Shown here one piece after another: positions 25,010 through 34,941 of a stretch of DNA of 64,000 bases (position 1 is its first letter; each line of letters opens with the position of its first letter). Where the stretch lies: assembly GCA_965240325.2 (NCBI GenBank), contig OZ251230.1, forward strand, positions 496,001-560,000, in the 5' to 3' direction. The notes under the pieces are model-generated. The model had not been told where the DNA came from and made no database searches. It saw nothing but the letters and a program-made list of their open reading frames with translations. Both the position numbers and the translations under genes were made by a program. This DNA comes from Rebecca billardiae RCC1528. Lineage: Eukaryota > Protista > Haptophyta.

Positions 25010-25670
25010 TCAGGCCAGCGCTCGGCTGCCGTCGGCGAGCCCGTCGCCGCTCGCGCCGCGCGCGAGCACCGGCGGCGCGCGCGGCACGGCGGGCTGCGCG
25101 CGCGGCTGCGGCCTGCGCTGGTAGAAGAGCATGAAGCTCTCGCGCGCGTGCCGCGTCGCCTCGGCCTCGCTGAGCGCCGTCACGCGCGCGTCGTTGTAGA
25201 AGCACCATTCGTCCGCGGAGGCGGAGGCGGAGGCGTGGTGGGCGGCGCTGCCGCTGGTGCCGGCGGTGGCCTCGGCGCGCGGCGCGGTGCCGCGCGCCGC
25301 GCCGCCGCTCGGCGCGCCGCTCGCGCCGCTCGCGCCGCCCGCTCGCGCCGCGCCGCTCAGCGTGCCGCCGCCGCCGCCGCCGCGCGCTGCGCCGCCGCCC
25401 GCGTGCGCGCGCTCGCGGCACACAGCGGTGTAGTGCCCCACGTCTGGCGAGCGGCCGGCGTGGATGATGGCTGCGGCGAGGTCGTAGACTGCGTCCTGCT
25501 GCGCGGCCGTGCCCTCGGACGCGCCCGGCCCCGCGGCGGAGGGCAGCACGATGCTCGCCACGCCGGCGCGCGCGCGCGCGGCGACGAGCGCGGGCAGCTT
25601 GGGCGGCGGCGCGCGCGCGAGCGCCGCCGCGCCCGGCGGCGGCGGCGCGCCCGCGCCGCCGCGCGGCTCG

Positions 25671-25701
<31 letters not shown>

Positions 25702-26704
25702 TGGCGGGCGCGGCGGAGAGCGTGAGCTCGGCAAGGGGCACGTCCACCGGCCGCGTGAGCTTCCGCCGCCCCCGCTCGCGCGTCCACGACGCGCGGCTGA
25801 GCGTGAGCACGAGCAGCGGCGGCAGCCGCGTGATCCGACACCGCCGGCGCGCGCGCACAAGCGCGGCGCAGGCGCCGCACCAGTACGAGTTGGCGCCCGA
25901 CAACTCCTCGTCCTCGCACAGGGAGGCGAGGAGGCCGCCGAGCGGGCACGGCTCGGCGGGCGCGGCGGGATGGCCGCCCGCGCCGCCCTCCACCGCGGGC
26001 ACGGTCACCAGCGCGCCGAGCTGCTCGACGCTCGACGTGGAGACGTGCGCACACCGGCCGCACGTGACTTCCTGCTCGAGCCGCAGCCCAAAGTGGTCGC
26101 GCACGAACGAGGCGCACGCGGTGCGGCCGAGCTCGGCGTCGAGCCGCGCGAGGAGGAAGGTGAGGAACTCGTTGGCGTCGTGCTGCTGCAGCCGGCGGAA
26201 CTGCGAGCCCACGTGCGCCCAGATCGCCGAGACCAGCGCGAGCGGCGCGCACGAGCGCACGCAGCCGGACGAGAGCGCGCGCAGCAACGAGTGCAGTCGC
26301 ACGCACAGTTCCAGCGACGCGGTGCGCGCGAGCCGGGACTCTGCGGCGCGCAGCGCGGCCTCCGTGTCCTGCCGCGAGAGCTCGCTCACCGAGTGCGACG
26401 GCGAGCCCAGCGTGAGCGGCGCCTGCGACGAGAGGAACGTCAGGAAGAACTCGGCGAACGGCTCGCAGTGCGCCAGCGCCTGCACCACCGCGTTGATGTA
26501 GCAGGTGTTACCCAGGTTGCGCAGGCCTGTGCGCACGGGCGGCGCGGGCGCGCGCGAGCGCGACTCGCGCGCGCCGTCGGCGGCGGAGGCGGAGCCCGCC
26601 GCGCCGCACGCGTCCACGCCCGCGCCCGCGCCCGCGCCCAGCGTCGCGGGCGGCTCGTCGCCGAGGCGGCGGCGCTGCGGCAGCGGCGACGAGCGCTCAC
26701 TCAG

Positions 26705-26742
<38 letters not shown>

Positions 26743-27247
26743 GGCTGTCGAGCTCGTCGTCGCGCTCCGAGGGCTCCTTCGCGGGCAGCACGGACTCGAC
26801 CTCCTCGATGATCTCGCGGATCTTCGCGAGGCAGCCCTCGCCCTCCTCGTCCGAGATCACGTAGTCGTCGCACACGTAGCAGTGCGCCGCGCGCGTCGCG
26901 ACGTCAAACACGACCGAGTGGCGCGCGCCCGCGACGTAGTGGTGGTGCGCGGCGTGGCCCGACGCGAGGCGCGAGCAGCCGACGAAGCCGCACTCGAGGC
27001 ACAGCCACGCGCCGTCCGTCGAGCCGCACACCACGCACGCCCACCTGCACGGGTCGCGCAGCACCTGCTGCGCGGCCGCGGTGGGCGCACGCGCGTGCGT
27101 GCAGCACGTGCCCGGCTGCTGGCGCGAGGCGGAGGGCTCGTCGTCGGGCGTCGCGTCCAGCGGCATGGCTTCCACCGGCTCGGGCGCCGTCGGCGAGGAC
27201 GGCCCGCCCCCCGCGTCGCGAGCGCGCCTCCTCGTGGCCACGGGCAT
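25010..27247 (-). CDS. Ubiquitin-specific protease (peptidase C19) with zf-UBP
   Basis: zf-UBP (CVVC..WLCLECGFVGCSR..GHAAHH..CYVCDDY); GLRNLGNTCYINAVVQAL; QQHDANEFL; HAG...GHYTA; YNDARV; LFYQR. Confidence 0.92.
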
Positions 27248-27371
27248 TTGCGCAAGGCCGCCCCTCCCGACCGCCTCGGGCGCGATGAAGCCGAGGTGCT
27301 CGAGAACCGATCGATGAGGTTGCTCACCACTCCAAGGGCGTTCCCGGGATCCTGCCACACGCTCCCGAAAA

Positions 27372-27398
27372 GCAAAGCCCCCCCTGGGGGGGCTTTGC
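27372..27398. repeat. Perfect 13-bp-arm palindrome GCAAAGCCCCCCC-t-GGGGGGGCTTTGC
   Basis: Directly visible. Confidence 0.95.
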
Positions 27399-27827
27399 CT
27401 TTTTCCGTATTCAATGTACCCGGTTCAAATGGACGAAGCCCGTTCCAATAGGAAGATGGTTCAATTTGGCGTATGACCGATGCGAGGAACGCCCCTGGAC
27501 GACTCCGGGCGCGGGAGTGCTTGCGCAGCGCTCCCGCACGCGGTGTTGAAAGCTGCATGAGCCCCATCGTGCCGGGCTTTGCGTGCGCCGGCCCCACTGC
27601 CAAGGGAGGTCCCTCCCTTGCCGGCCCCGCCCAAGGGCCTTGCCGGAGAAAAAGCGGACCCAAGGGAGATCGCCCTTGGCGGACCCCGACCAAGGGCCAT
27701 TTCCCGACGCCGACGCGACGCCGACAAGACGTCCTCAACTCATTTCTTGCGCCAAGCCCTGCGTACCGGCCGGCTCACATGAACGGCGGGCGTTGCTCGC
27801 AACCTTCCCGCAGCCAACGACGGTACG

Positions 27828-29063
27828 ATGGTCTCAGCAGCCTGCCTAGCGTGCGAGAGCCCAGTCACCGAGCGGGCGGACGTGGGCTGCGCCCACGACC
27901 TGTGCTCGGACTGCGTGCACAGCTGGAACGAGCGGCTGGCGGCGGCGGACAAGCTGGAGGACGTCGAGCACGGGCGCAACGGGGCGGCGACGCTCCTCTG
28001 CCCGATCTGCTGCGCTGGGGGCGGAACGTCGCCCGAGCTCTGCCCCATCTGCCTTGACATCATCGTCGCCCCCCGTGCGAGCAACTGTGGGCACCGCTTC
28101 TGCAGCGTGTGCGCGGACGCGTGGACGGAGCAAACGGGCGCCACGCGGCCGCGCGCGCTCACCGCGCGCTGCCCGATCTGCCGCCAGCTGACTGAGCTGA
28201 CCAACTCGGACCGCTTCTTCTACCCAAGCCGCATGTCCCTCGCCCGCGTGCGCGTGTGCGGCGTCGAGACCGTCGCCTGCCACGACCTCGGCGCCGCGCA
28301 TCACGACATCCGGCACGTGGTCGACCGCGCCTTCCTGCAGGCGCTGCCGCACGGCGACCGGCTGCTCGCCCGGCTGGTCGAGCCCAAGCCGCCGTGCGCG
28401 CGCGTGGGCGGCATCGACGACTGCCCCGTCCTGGGCATGCTGCACGTGCCGCTCGCCCTCGAGCTCTTCGCCCTCGTGGAGCAGCCGCCGCGCGCACATT
28501 CGGTGCGGCTGTCGTGCGTGCTCGTCGCCCAGGTCCTGCCCGTCCCGCTGTTCGTCTCCGCCAAGGGCTCGGCCATCTCGTCGCTTGCATGCGTGGAAGA
28601 CGCGCTGAACATGTGCCAGGGCTGCATCCGGTTCGGGCCGAGCAACGTGCCCGAGGCCTACAGGGCGCACCCTTACTGGTCGCCAGACCGCCCCCCCATG
28701 GTGGGCAGCGCGGCGACCTCTGGCATGGCGGAGGTGCGGACCGCAACCGAGCTGATGGAGCGGGAGATGGGCCGCGCCACGGGCGCCGCGCCGCCGACGG
28801 GGCGGCGCAGGCCGGCCGAGGTGGTGGGCGCAGGCGCCGGCGCGGGCGGCGCGGGCGCGGGCGGGGCGGGGCGCAACACGCCGCCGCCGAAGCGGACGGT
28901 GGTGGCGAATGATGATATGATCGGGATCCGACGGCTTGCCATGGGCGGATCTGCCGGATCTCGAGTCATCGGGCCGATTATCGCCATTTGGCTCATCATC
29001 GCCGACATATTGGTCGCTGACTCGCTGCACAAGTTATGGCACCAGAAAAGTTTAATCATCTAG
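27828..29063 (+). CDS. Protein with two C3HC4 RING fingers; 3' end uncertain
   Basis: CLAC..CAHDLCSDC..CPIC and CPIC..CGHRFCSVC..CPICR. Confidence 0.8.
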   Translation: MVSAACLACESPVTERADVGCAHDLCSDCVHSWNERLAAADKLEDVEHGRNGAATLLCPICCAGGGTSPELCPICLDIIVAPRASNCGHRFCSVCADAWTEQTGATRPRALTARCPICRQLTELTNSDRFFYPSRMSLARVRVCGVETVACHDLGAAHHDIRHVVDRAFLQALPHGDRLLARLVEPKPPCARVGGIDDCPVLGMLHVPLALELFALVEQPPRAHSVRLSCVLVAQVLPVPLFVSAKGSAISSLACVEDALNMCQGCIRFGPSNVPEAYRAHPYWSPDRPPMVGSAATSGMAEVRTATELMEREMGRATGAAPPTGRRRPAEVVGAGAGAGGAGAGGAGRNTPPPKRTVVANDDMIGIRRLAMGGSAGSRVIGPIIAIWLIIADILVADSLHKLWHQKSLII

Positions 29064-29101
29064 ACAGGCCACAAACTGTGACTGTCTGTGACATACCGTA
29101 C

Positions 29102-29216
29102 GGGTGCTTGATGAGATCGACTTGTATGATAGACTAGATGGTCTACCGCACCTGATTGCTCATCAGGTTCGGTAGACCATCTACTCTATCATACAAGTCG
29201 ATCTCATCAAGCACCC
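29102..29216. repeat. 115-bp near-perfect foldback (55-bp arms, 2 mismatches, 5-nt loop); MITE-like or hairpin RNA
   Basis: 29102-29156 is the reverse complement of 29162-29216; flanked by AC on both sides. Confidence 0.95.
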
Positions 29217-29399
29217 ACTGGCCTGCCTAGATAGACCTTGCGGACATCTGGTTGGCGCAGAATGTGCCGGAAGTGGCTCGGCACGAGCCCAGAATTCCAT
29301 AAGTCAAATGATGGACCGAAAGTTTTCCCTTGTACCGATTCGTAGCTTTCAATCGCTACGCACTCGTTGGGGGACCATCTGGGCCGAAGCCGCGACGGC

Positions 29400-31865
29400 A
29401 TGGGGCCCACCTCCGACTCGAGGGCGTCCGCCGCTTCGCACGGCGATACAGTGCCGCTCGCAGCGAGCGACATCACCTCCCGTCTGACCCGCTCCCGTCA
29501 GATCGGGCGCTTTCGAAGGCTCGCCGTCTCTGGCCCCCCGGCGGTTCTTGCCGTGTCGGCGCTTACGGCGGCGTTTGTGCTGCTCTCGCTGTTCCCGCCC
29601 GACACGCCTCCCTTCTTCGTTGGCGCGTTTCTCATCTTCTTCGCGGCTACTTGCTGGTTGCTCGTGCTCTTGCCCACCGACCGTGTGCTGCTCATCTTCA
29701 CGTGTGTTGCAATGGGTGCCGGGTATGCCTGCATGTCCGTAGTAGATGTTGGCATCGCCGCCAATCTCTATCTCGCGGCGTCGAGCGCACGGACGTGCAA
29801 TGCGGCTTACACGATGGACGTCATGGTTCCGTTCTACGCGGGCCTGGCCACTGGATGCGGGCACTTTGCCCTGCGCAGCGGTGCTGTCCTCACCTCTGAG
29901 CTGTGGGCGAGCCGACTCCGGCCTTTGCGCCGCCGATTCGTGCTGCGCCAGTTGTGGCTCGCCCTGAGCGAGTCGGACCTGATTATGGCCGTGTTCATGT
30001 TCTGGTACATCGTGGTCCACATCGTCGCGTTACCTGGCTATCTGGATTCTTTCGACTTCTGGTCCACGCTCGTGCTCATGCTCGAGTCGCTCGCCTCTGC
30101 ATACGTGTGCCGGGCCGTTCGCGTGAGGCAGGGCGTGCACGCGTGGCTTGGCGCGCGCGGCGAAGGCGTGAACGAGGCGGCTGGCCTGGCGTCTCTCATC
30201 TCAGACACGGGCAGTCCCGACGCTTTCATTGCGCACGCCGTGCCTCGCCTGCGCGCGATCCGCGCCGACCTGCTCACGCCCGCCATCTTCAACGCGCCAA
30301 AAATGGCGCCAGGCTCTCCGCCACCCTCTGCGCCGACGAGCCAGCACTCGAGACCTGAGAGCATTCTCGTCCGGACGGCCTCGAGCGCGGACCGGCTCAA
30401 CTTCATGGGCGCTGACGGGGATGACCCTGGGCGCTGGTACCGGCTCTCCGAGCCCGTGGCGCTCTACTCCATCGACGCGTTTGTCAGCCACTCGGTGCGT
30501 GCGAGGCGCCCATTTACGCGCGTCCTGCCTGATGCGAACCCACGCCGTTGGTGGGGCGGCCCCCGACCAACGCCCAGACCGCGTCCTGATGCGTTGGGGT
30601 CTGGGCCCCTAACGCCCAGGCCGCAAGGCACCAGCGCACGTGGCACTGCGAAGCCAACCAGACGGGAGCTGACTGACCACGTCCCGCGCCGCCACTCGCG
30701 CCGTCGCTCGCCCGTGGCCGCGCGGCAGTGGCACGACTCCGGGAGCGCAAAGTGGCACGAGCTGCAGCGCTGGTGCGCCGAGTTCCGCAGCGCGCACCAC
30801 GGGCGCGATCCCCTCCTGTGGATTGACCGCGCGTGCATCGACCAGAGCAACATCGCGACGGACCTCGCGATGCTGCCAGTCGTGATCGCCGCGTCGAGCG
30901 AGCTGCTGGTGCTGTGCGGCCCCTCGCTGCCGACGAGGCTGTGGTGCGTGTTTGAGATCTTCATCAACGCGGTGATGGGTGGGCACAGCCCGCAGCTGCG
31001 CGTCCTCCCCGCGTACGAGCTTCAAGTGCGCGAGGCGATCCGCCGGTTCGACGTTGCGCGCTGCACCGCCTCGACGCGCGGCGACTACGACCGGCTGATG
31101 GCGGTGATCGAGGCCAGCTTTGGAGACACGCGCAGCTTCAACGAGCTCGTGCTGCAGCTCCTGCAGCCGACGGGCCACGGTGAGCTGGGGAAGGCGCTCC
31201 CCACGAGCACGGCTTGGAGTCCGGCCAGCTTCAGCCCGCGCCCGCAACCCAACCGCGGCGGTCGGCTCGGCCGGCAACGGCGCCTGTGGCGCAGCTGGAT
31301 GGCGTGGTGGCTCGTGTACGGCGCGGCCTGGCTCGCGCTCCTCGCAGTGCTGCACGTGGGCGGGCAGCCCGCGAGGCAGGCGTGCGCGCAGTGCTTTGCG
31401 TTCGGCGAGAAGCCGCCCCCGGGCGCGTGGGTCCGGGCAGGCTCGCGCGAGCTCGCGCTCCATGCGCGATACGCGAGTTTTGCGGACGCGCACCGCGCGT
31501 GCAAGGCGGAGGGCGCGACGCTCGCCGTCGTGCGTGAGCCTGAGACCTTGGACGTTGCCCACTGCCTGCTGGGGCACACCACGCCCCTCGCGTGGGTTGG
31601 CCTGTCGCTGGGCGGCGCGCCCATGACCAACGCGTGGGCCTGGGCGGATGGCGTGGCGTTGGCAGCCCCGCCGAGCAACGAGTCTGTCAGCGTGCCGAAT
31701 GGGCAAGGTGACGATGGCGGCGCGGTCGGCGGCGGTGGATGGGTGCCCACGCAGCCACGGGCGTTTGACGGGTACGAGTGCGCCATGCTCATGTCGGGCG
31801 GGTGGGCCACGTGGTGGCCGTGCAAGCGAGCCCTGCCGTTTCTCTGCTCGCGGCCCACTCCTTAG
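29400..31865 (+). CDS. Multi-TM protein with cytoplasmic TIR-like domain, a further TM helix and a C-terminal C-type lectin domain; intron 30495-30728
   Basis: Splicing restores DAFVSHSWHD; LWIDRACIDQ; RLWCVFEIF; CTLD features AHRACKAEGATLA, WVGL, WAWADG, QP, ECA, WPC..LPFLC. Confidence 0.8.
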   Translation: MGPTSDSRASAASHGDTVPLAASDITSRLTRSRQIGRFRRLAVSGPPAVLAVSALTAAFVLLSLFPPDTPPFFVGAFLIFFAATCWLLVLLPTDRVLLIFTCVAMGAGYACMSVVDVGIAANLYLAASSARTCNAAYTMDVMVPFYAGLATGCGHFALRSGAVLTSELWASRLRPLRRRFVLRQLWLALSESDLIMAVFMFWYIVVHIVALPGYLDSFDFWSTLVLMLESLASAYVCRAVRVRQGVHAWLGARGEGVNEAAGLASLISDTGSPDAFIAHAVPRLRAIRADLLTPAIFNAPKMAPGSPPPSAPTSQHSRPESILVRTASSADRLNFMGADGDDPGRWYRLSEPVALYSIDAFVSHSVRARRPFTRVLPDANPRRWWGGPRPTPRPRPDALGSGPLTPRPQGTSARGTAKPTRRELTDHVPRRHSRRRSPVAARQWHDSGSAKWHELQRWCAEFRSAHHGRDPLLWIDRACIDQSNIATDLAMLPVVIAASSELLVLCGPSLPTRLWCVFEIFINAVMGGHSPQLRVLPAYELQVREAIRRFDVARCTASTRGDYDRLMAVIEASFGDTRSFNELVLQLLQPTGHGELGKALPTSTAWSPASFSPRPQPNRGGRLGRQRRLWRSWMAWWLVYGAAWLALLAVLHVGGQPARQACAQCFAFGEKPPPGAWVRAGSRELALHARYASFADAHRACKAEGATLAVVREPETLDVAHCLLGHTTPLAWVGLSLGGAPMTNAWAWADGVALAAPPSNESVSVPNGQGDDGGAVGGGGWVPTQPRAFDGYECAMLMSGGWATWWPCKRALPFLCSRPTP

Positions 31866-32875
31866 AGTGAGTCCGAGCGCGCGATGACTGAAATCTAACA
31901 TGGACATATGGTCGACAGCTCATCATGCACCGGCGCCGCCCACGGCCAGCGGGGTTCTCGCCTGCCTGAGCTGTGTGCGTCTCTTATTCCTAGTAAACTG
32001 TAGCAGCGGCGCGGTGCCACGCGCTGACACGCGGCGCAGGCGCGTCGGTTACACTCGCCAGTCGCCGGGCCGAGTCTGCTAAGTGCGCTACCAGGTATGG
32101 AGTGAGCCTGATGGAGTCGTTCGTTGGAACTTGACGCCGGTTTGGCGCCCGCGCGGCGAGGGCGACAACGGGCGTACACGGGGCCCGCGGCGGCGGGAAG
32201 CGCGCGGGCGCGGCCGAGAACGGCACGGTCCGGACGCCTCTCGTCAGCCGCGGACGCGCACCGCGCCTCCTCCTCGCACGCTGCTAACTTGATCCAGGTT
32301 AAACGGTGGTTTTTGCTGCCGACCAGCTCAAGTTCCACGGCTGGTCAAGGTTCGGCTTGCGACCTCGCCGCTGGTGCTTGCAAGAAGGTACACGAGTTGG
32401 TCGAACTCCCACGCACCCGCTCTGCGCTCGTCGACGCCCTCTGAAGGTGACTCGGGGTGCATGCGGGGCAGTGGGATGCAGTGGTTCGGCGTTGCCTCTG
32501 AGTCGTCCAGCGCGCAGGCCATGTAGCGCGGGTGTGGTGCGCGCATGGCCCGGTAATTCGGTCGCGGCATGTCTGTCTGGGCTGCCCAAGGCCTGCCGCA
32601 CCGCGAAGCGAGCGCTCAGGAGCGTGTGCCGACCGTGCCAGCCCCGCCGAGATGGGGCACTTCGCTGGGAAATGCGGTGTCAAGTTCCAAGCCCCGCCAA
32701 GACGTTCCAACGAACGCTCCATACTTACCGTTGTATCTGCTCCTTTTTTTCACACTGATGAGCTTTGCTCGCTGGTCGCGAGCTCGGTCCGGGTCGCTCG
32801 GCCCGGCCGACGTTTCCGGATGGATGCCTTGCCCAAGGACTTTGGTCCCCTGCGATCGGGACGGCGGCCGCAGCC

Positions 32876-33643
32876 ATGTCCTCCTTCAACCACCAGGTCG
32901 CCTCGAGCGTGCGCCAGAAGAAGAAACAGGTGGGCTCATCGGTGCCGCTCACGGACGAGGAGATCGCGGATGGCGAGTTCCTCGAGGCTGTCGATCGTGG
33001 CGAGCACGAGACGGCGATTGGGATGCTCAAGAAGGGGCAGCAGATCAACGTTGCTGACGAGCGCGGCGAGACGCCAGTGCACAAGGCGACGCGCCGCGGC
33101 GACAAGGAGTTCGTCATGACGCTGCTCAAGCTGGGCGCGGTCGTGGACTACGCGGATGTTGATGGTGTGACGCCCATCATGATCGCCGTGCACTACGGCC
33201 GCGACGATCTCGTCGCCATCTTCATGCAGAAGGGAGTCAACCTGCTGGCAAAGACAAACGAGGGGATGACGCTGCTCCATGCCGCGGTCTACTCGGGGCA
33301 CGAAGCCACGGTGGCCACGCTGCTCCGCGTCGAGGAGGCCGGCGAGCTACTCGAGCAGAAGGACACGAACGGGCGCACGCCCCTGCAGGTCGCGAGCTTC
33401 CGCTCCTCCAAGACCGTGTGCGAGATGCTCGTGGAGGCAGGGGCCAACTACGCGACCAAAGACAAGCGCGGGAACACGTGCGCGACCCTCGCCGAGCGTA
33501 GTGGCCGGCGAAACTCCAAGGACTTCTTCGATCGCCTTGCTATCGACCGCATGGCCGCCGAGCGCGAGGCTGCAGCAGCAGCAAAGCCTGACGAGCAGGC
33601 CGAGGGCGCCGAGGGCGATGCAGCGCCTGAGGCCGATGGCTGA
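32876..33643 (+). CDS. Ankyrin-repeat protein
   Basis: GETPVHKA, GVTPIMIA, GMTLLHAA, GRTPLQVA. Confidence 0.92.
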   Translation: MSSFNHQVASSVRQKKKQVGSSVPLTDEEIADGEFLEAVDRGEHETAIGMLKKGQQINVADERGETPVHKATRRGDKEFVMTLLKLGAVVDYADVDGVTPIMIAVHYGRDDLVAIFMQKGVNLLAKTNEGMTLLHAAVYSGHEATVATLLRVEEAGELLEQKDTNGRTPLQVASFRSSKTVCEMLVEAGANYATKDKRGNTCATLAERSGRRNSKDFFDRLAIDRMAAEREAAAAAKPDEQAEGAEGDAAPEADG

Positions 33644-33939
33644 GGGCCTGCGGAGTGCGGGGCTTTGACGGGAACGGTGCGTCAGTCAGTGGCGGCTCCT
33701 GGCCCTGCCTGCCTGTCACATGCATGCCTGGGGCAGTCTCAGAGCTGCCTCAGCCCTGTGGCAGGTGTTGCCTCAGTCTACTTAGAGTCAGTCGTGATGA
33801 CACCACGGTAGCAGGCCGATCAGTCCGACGCGGACGCCGCGATCGGTCTTAATCAGATCCGCTTATAATATTATTATATAGTATAGTTATTGTAGCTAGT
33901 GGCAACCTCTGCTGATAACTATATATAAGACATATATAT

Positions 33940-34518
<579 letters not shown>

Positions 34519-34941
34519 GGTCTGAGGTCTCGCCGGGCTGCTGTGAGTGACCTGTGACAGCTCGGTAAGTCGCGATTATTCCGTCGCGGTTCGAGCTCCG
34601 CGGCCGCGCCGACTGCGCCGAGCGCGCGCGGGCGCGGCCGCCAGCTCGGCCCGGCCACCCGCAAGTGACAGTCTCGTACTCGTAATCGATCTGGCTTAGA
34701 GAGTACTCAGTAGCCTGCTGCCGCAGCCGCCCGCTGGCAGGCCTGCAGTCGCATCGTCATTAGGTGCCGCCGTGCCGCACACATGCCAGTCACGTCACCG
34801 CGAGCATATATATATGAGCAGTGGCACCAATTTGACCTGATGCAATGATGCCCAATGCCGGCTACCAGTATGTATGCCGCCGCCTTCAGGCTGACAAGTA
34901 GCGGCCTTACTTACAGTACGCGAGTAAGAAGGCGGCGGACG

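Noticed and set aside
27372-27404. Rho-independent terminator
   Set aside because: Hairpin plus T-run, but eukaryotic nuclear context and located between two gene starts
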